This document shows, piece by piece, positions 57,378 to 64,000 of a stretch of DNA of 64,000 nt (within the stretch, counting starts at the first letter, position 1; the number at the start of each line of letters is the position of its first letter). The position numbers were made by a program, and so were the translations under genes. Source of the DNA: Chrysomallon squamiferum (Eukaryota > Animalia > Mollusca); the NCBI GenBank assembly GCA_012295275.1, contig CM022679.1:13702001-13766000 (forward strand), written 5' to 3'. Under the pieces are notes generated by a model. That model had not been told where the DNA came from, made no database searches, and was given only the letters and a program-made list of their open reading frames with translations.

Positions 57378-58294
57378 GTTTCAGTTATTAATTCAGCGCT
57401 CTTTAATTCTAATTTTTCTATCATAATATAAACACTTTTTTTTTTCTTCTCAATGAGCAAAGTTTTGGAAGTTATTTTCAGCATTAAGATCTTGGATGCT
57501 ATCAGTTTTTCACAAATAAATGTTAGTGTATCGGTAAATGTTAGTGTATAGTATGAATGATATCAGTGTTTCACAATGCAAATTTTATAATTCTATCAAT
57601 TTTTCACAGTTTAGATGCTATAAATATTTTCAATGTTTCACAGTGTAAATGTTATGAATGTTATCAGGTTTCAAGTGGGAAATGACGGTATGTTCAGATT
57701 TGATCTAAAAGGAAATTCACGTGTCACATAAGCGATATAAATAGTTTGGAATTTTCAAGTTAAAAAATAAACCCATATCGGAAGTTATAATTTTTTAAAT
57801 TATTTTTTTAATTTTTTATCGTTAGAAAATCTGGTAGTCCGCAGTAAATACTAGTATTACAAGTTTATTATTTACGTGTTGTTGTTTTTTCCAAATGACA
57901 CACACGCACGCACGTACGCACTCACACACACACGTATGTACTTATTTCCTTTTCTGTAATTATTACTGTCATCTCAAATTTTAAATATTTATAATGGAAG
58001 TGTTTGAAAAAGGTAGTTAATAACTCATTTTGATTAATATTGTTATTATAGTGTTTGTTTGATTGTTTCAAGATGATAAACGTTTAAAACTCACAAAATA
58101 TATTCAAAAAACAAATACATTTTTATATCAAAATAAATATGTGTGTTGTTCATAAATAAAACATTTAAGAAAATTGTTTTTATATTTTATGAAACATAGT
58201 GAAAGAAGATAAAATACAAAACAAAATAAAAGCTTGTAAAATAATATATTTTTATTATAATAATAATTTAATTTTCACAATTCTTCATATGTTA

Positions 58295-58358
<64 letters not shown>

Positions 58359-60424
58359 TAGTTTATAAGTATTACGACTTGATTAACATTATACATCTAT
58401 TTAAAAGGTGAAAAATAAAAAATTACATTTTTCTGTATATATCATAAGAACCTTAGGCTGTATAAAACATTCATAAAAATAAAAACAAATACATATAAGT
58501 ATGTATATATGTAAGTATTTTAGATATACATATATTGTTTAAATCTGTATTTGGAAGTGTAAGAAAATGGTTATTAATAACATTTTGTTTAATATTGTTG
58601 TTATGTTACTTCCACATTGTATATATTCGACGTTCGACCGCTGATTATATAATATAATCGTTTAAATTATTTGTGAAATAATTATATTAATTATTTTATG
58701 ATCGTATATATATTTTTCAATCGTTTTGTAATTTATAATCATGATATAATCATCATTATAATTGAGCTGCTTGCAAGATGCATTTAAATTTGATTTTCTT
58801 TTTGTTGACGTGCATAACTATTCAAACGTTATTTATTATTATTAGAAAAAAGACTAAAGCAAACACGAACAATGTTACAATACTACAACAATTATTACAA
58901 CAATAACAACAGCAATAAAAAAAACATGAACTATATCACAAAAGAGGAATTAAATATCTCAAGTTTTTTATCTGTTCGTGTACTTTAGCGGTCAAACAGC
59001 CCAAGATACATACCACCTGTCCAGACTATCCCTGGAGTGCTACACTGTTTACACCTAGAGTATATTCTGGCTGTTCCCACAGAACCAATTTATAAAAAAG
59101 CTAAATATTCTGAAAGTTCAAGATCTTTTTACACTTCAAGAATTAAAATTATGTCACAAATTATAACACAGTATGGATCAGACATACATTGTATGTAAAC
59201 ATCCGAACATTTACATGTATTATTTTTATTTGTTTTACTGAGCTTTTCATTCAATGCAAATGGATATGCTGATTTAGCAAATAAATTATCTAAACCATTT
59301 TCTTGTTTATTGATAAATGATCTAACAAAACTTATAATTATATCTAAACGCTTGTTAGTGTTGTAATATGTTTGTTACAACGGTGAAGTGATCCGAGTCG
59401 TTCTCAAGATCCTATATGAATTGTGTGTGGTCTGAACTGACTTTATCATGTCATTCACGTTATCTTCTTTGAGTATAATGGACATTTAAATAGGGACCAA
59501 CTTATGAATAATACAAGAGCGTATAATCTGTAAGCCAAAATATTCCCCGGAATATAAAGAGCTATTTTACACCATGGGGTAGACCAAGAATAGTCTGGCG
59601 AGGATTTAATCTCGTCTGTTTCACTGGTATCTGATGATATCATCATACAAACTTAATTTAGAGGGTGCCGGTGTAAAATAATATTTGTTCCCCCAGGTCA
59701 TAAAGAACAGGAGTTTGTTAATTCTCACCGTCATAATCATTGGTGTAAATCAAAATGAAGGGTCTCATCAGTGGATTTACTTCAGCACTTCAGGTTGAAA
59801 CAAGAGACTTGGGTCCTGACATTTTGACGAAAGTGTGTTGTTGTAGCACTTTAATTTAAAATATTGAGGCACAAATGCAACACGTTTCTAAAAGAGGACA
59901 TTCATAGGCCTGCAATAGCGTTATCGATAATAAAAAATTATCAGTGGATTTAGGGATGAATGTTTTTACCTTCCTTTTCAAAAAAGAAAATTCCTGTTTT
60001 CAAGATGTGAATAGTGATCAAGTACCCAGCCAAATGTATCCCCCAGTTATTTCTTCACACATCTACAATTATAATTGTGTACATATCAATAAAGGCAAAC
60101 ACTTCAAAACAAAATATTAATATATCTATGATAATTATACATACACAACAAAGAAAACTAATATGTCTACAATATTTAAATATGTTAATAATAAGTTAAT
60201 TCTACTGTTTTCTCCCCATTATTTGGAATGAATTCATGTACACTGTTACAGTGAACACTACATAATTATTACTGAAACATACGTTACATACTGATAAAGT
60301 CAAACACTTCAAAGCAAAATAGTAATATATCTATAATAATTATACATACTCAACAAACAAAACTAATATGTCTACAATAATCAAATATGTTAATACTAAG
60401 TTAATTCTACTGTTGTTCTGTCAG

Positions 60425-60527
60425 CTTCCACTGGACACTGTACTGAAGTAGGAAAAACAAGAAAAGATGTATGGAACTGAAGTATATCAGGAAATTTCGA
60501 AATGTGCCCTTGTTCCATTTAAAGGAG
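60425..60527 (+). pseudogene. Frameshifted copy of the 43814-43930 exon
   Basis: 103 nt instead of 117, several indels, donor weakened to gttggc. Confidence 0.7.
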
Positions 60528-61162
60528 GTTGGCGTTTCTATTTATATAATTACCTCTCATTAAATAATAAATAAAAAACTAGTTATCTGTACTTGTGAAG
60601 AAGAAGAAACAAAAAATATTTTTTGGTATGGTTTGTTACACTATTTTAACAGGTAAATGTTTGTATCCTCTATTATTTGTTTTCTAATTCTGCATAAATT
60701 AGTTACATTCATTACAAATTATTAATCTTATACTAAATATGTCGATCATTTTATCTAGAACAACAGTAGTATATTAATTGTGTTAGAACATGTACATAAT
60801 AATTTTTGAGTTTCCTTTTTATGTTGACCTTTTTTTTTTTTTAAATAAAATAAAATTAAATAAATAAATAAATTTGTTTATATATTTTACCATTGGTATT
60901 CAACATTGTTTTTTTTTTACAAATTTCATGCATCTTTTCATATTTGATTCATTAACTAAATAATTGTGGAATACAGTTATATACACTCAGTATTCATGTA
61001 CATTATAAAACAGTCTTAAACAAATAACTCAAACACATTATCTGGAATAACAATAAAAAATCATACTTCTAAAACTCCATAAATAAACATTATTTAAATA
61101 TAAAAAATATATATCAAATGGTGACATCATCTACCTGATTATATTTCTTTATCTTATGACTT

Positions 61163-63118
61163 TCATAAATAGCGTAAGTCAGAAATTGTTATAAACTGAA
61201 CAAAAATGAATATTTTACAGCAATGACACACGTTCTGGAACACAGTCTTGTTCTCTAGAAAAATTAAAACTGAATATACTCATATCTTTTATTAGTCACT
61301 TAATATAACTCCATGAGAGAGAAAAAAATAAAAAATAGAAAGTAAGAAAATGAAATAAACGTTGTTAAAAATATAAAAATATACTACTAAGAAATTACTG
61401 TTTCATTGTACAACTCATACCAATCACATTTCATCTACAAATTTTAGATAGCATTAATATTATTGTCACAATTATTCTGAAATTCATGTAATAGCATAAG
61501 TCAGAAATTGTTATGAACTGAACAAAAATTAATATTTTACAGCAGCGACACAGCAAGACATTAAAGAAAATATTTTACACAAATTAATTTTGTTTGTTCA
61601 AATTAACATTAGTGATCTTCATTTGACCTTAATGTAGGGCTTTACTTTGACAGTATGAACAAATGGCAAAACTACATTCAGTGTATGTCCTAAAATAATA
61701 GGTTGTTGTTTTGTTTTTGTTTGTTTTTATTTGTTTATATATATATATATAAATGACAAGGATCAGTACTGTAATGTTCCCCTTTATTTGCATCAATGGT
61801 GATGACATTTCGTTTGATGAGGACTGATTTGTTGTAAGTTGTTAGAAAAAGATTTGGACTCATACCATCAAGGTTGTTTGTACGGATAAGACCAATATGA
61901 TTCAAGAATTATTATTTCGTGCATTTATTTATGCATCTGTATGTGTGTTTATATACATGTGCGAGTGAGTAAGTTAATGGATGTGTGCATGAGTGAGTCA
62001 GTGAAAAAAAATAAAATATTAATAGGATCAAGCTATCCTAAAGGATGCTTGTCACAGTGAAAAAAAGCAGCAGCATTCATTAAAGACATTTATATAAAAA
62101 CAGTGAGTAATGGGAATTCAATTCACACAAATAGACTCAAATGTTTTTATAACAGTCATACATGCATTTGCAAAGGCAGGAAATGTCAGCGTTCATATGT
62201 TACTCCTGGAGCAACAGCATCATATTATGTACATTCTTTATTATTAGGAAAAACTGGTTAGAAGAAACAAATAAAATACTGAAAGAATACACAGTGCATT
62301 TCGACGACTGACTGACTCAAAACAACAAATTTATATTCTTTGACAGAACTGTAAACTAATCTGAATTGAAACATATGCAGTGTTGTGTGAGTGGATTTGT
62401 GTTTACGTGTGTGAGTGTATTTTTTCAATTTGGTTAACTGGAAATATACATCTGTCAACTCACCTATTTTGTCTTTTTTCGTTAGTTCTGTTTGTTCTTG
62501 ATTTTGCTCAACACCATCTTTGTTTTTGTTTTTACGTCGTATGCTCCACAGTAGGAAAAATATTTGATCTGCAACTGATGATACTATTACTATTGCTAGT
62601 ATTACTAATACTACTAGTATTGCTAGTAATACTATTGTATCATAAAGGTCTTCCTGAATCTGGTAGAGATCTGAAATAAAACCAAAGTTTTGTAACAAGC
62701 ACCCATAAAAACAACTATGAATTCAGCCATTTTTATAAAGCAAACCAGACTACTGCCATAATACATATACATACACACATTCATACAAACATACATACAT
62801 ACAAACATACATACACACACATACATACATACTATACATACATACATACATGAACATACATAGATTCATATATATATATATATATATAAATAATATATAT
62901 ATATATATATACACACACAAATACACACAAACATACATATATACATACATACATACATACATGCAAAGACACACACATACATATATCCTCATACACATAT
63001 TCAGACAAATACACATTCACAAACACATACACACACACACACAGATATACACAAACATTAATTATTTTGTGGCTGTAATAAAAAGCTTTACCTTTTTTTG
63101 CCTGATTATCAAGGAAAT
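61163..63118 (-). CDS. TNFR-like gene copy E (3' part); exons 63118-63092, 62670-62464, 61254-61163; CRD exon presumably beyond the window
   Basis: DFLDNQAKK-DLYQIQEDLYDTIVLLAILVVLVILAIVIVSSVADQIFFLLWSIRRKNKNK...DKIG-ENKTVFQNVC then unrelated sequence to TGA. Confidence 0.68.
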
Positions 63119-63439
63119 CTGAAACCAAAACAGAAAACAAATATAATCTGTGAAATAAGCACACAGAAAAGTTGTTACTCTGTATAAAATGAGATCAAAA
63201 ACAAAAGCTGTAACTAACTTTGTAAACATCTATGTGTTTATTTATTTATTTGTTTGTTTGTTTATCTGTTTATTCATTTATTATTTATTTGTCAAATAAT
63301 AAGACACATAATAAAAATGTTACACTACTGTTGTAAAATATAGTATCATCTAGCCTAGAAAGGCCTGCTTTATAGAAACATTTTAAAACATACAAATAGC
63401 AAAAACATTTCTTCTTATTAGAAACCTTTATAATTAATG

Positions 63440-63515
<76 letters not shown>

Positions 63516-63757
63516 TCACAAAGGATCAAAGCACACTGTAATATACATTACAAGGAAACTTTAAACTCGAATGATTATTTATTTTAATAAAAACATTCCT
63601 TTGACAGTGCGTTTTATAAGTCTTAAACAACACAGATATACACACACATACACACAGACACACACAAACATATATATATACATACATACATGCATATCCA
63701 CATAAACATAAATACATACACACACACAGAGACATACATACATACATAAATACATAC

Positions 63758-63822
<65 letters not shown>

Positions 63823-64000
63823 CGTACTTGCATATCAACATAAACATACATAAATATGTAGAGACACAAACACATATAAACACACATACATATATACGTA
63901 CATGTATACATACATGCATATATCCATATAAACATACATAGATATACACACATACATACACACACTCACAATATATACGCACAAATATACAAACACAAAC

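Overview
AT-rich, microsatellite-dense animal genomic DNA with two 200-N scaffold gaps (27638-27837, 53823-54022). The SINE, LINE and Tigger content suggests a mollusc; one repeat resembles a gastropod SINE I recall from memory, unverified. Most ORF-track entries are microsatellite artefacts, and the real genes are spliced and were assembled by hand from GT/AG sites and reading phase. The main content is a five-copy tandem/inverted cluster (A, B on +; C, D, E on -) of small single-pass receptors: a Cys-rich-domain exon with Grindelwald/BCMA/TACI-like TNF-receptor cysteine spacing, two or three duplicated 27-nt stalk micro-exons, a TM exon and a low-complexity tail with no death domain. The copies differ in cysteine number, stalk length, leader, TM number and tail. 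In the right half they alternate, in roughly 16-kb units, with + strand one-module-per-exon Cys-rich (VWC/FnI-like) exons whose splice donor seeded a 35-37-bp minisatellite. A separate micro-exon gene for a small basic two-AT-hook protein lies at about 10.8-14.0 kb (-). Also present are a decayed I/Nimb-type LINE, Tigger fragments, tRNA-derived SINEs and a MITE. No expression data are available, and some copies could be uncollapsed haplotypes.
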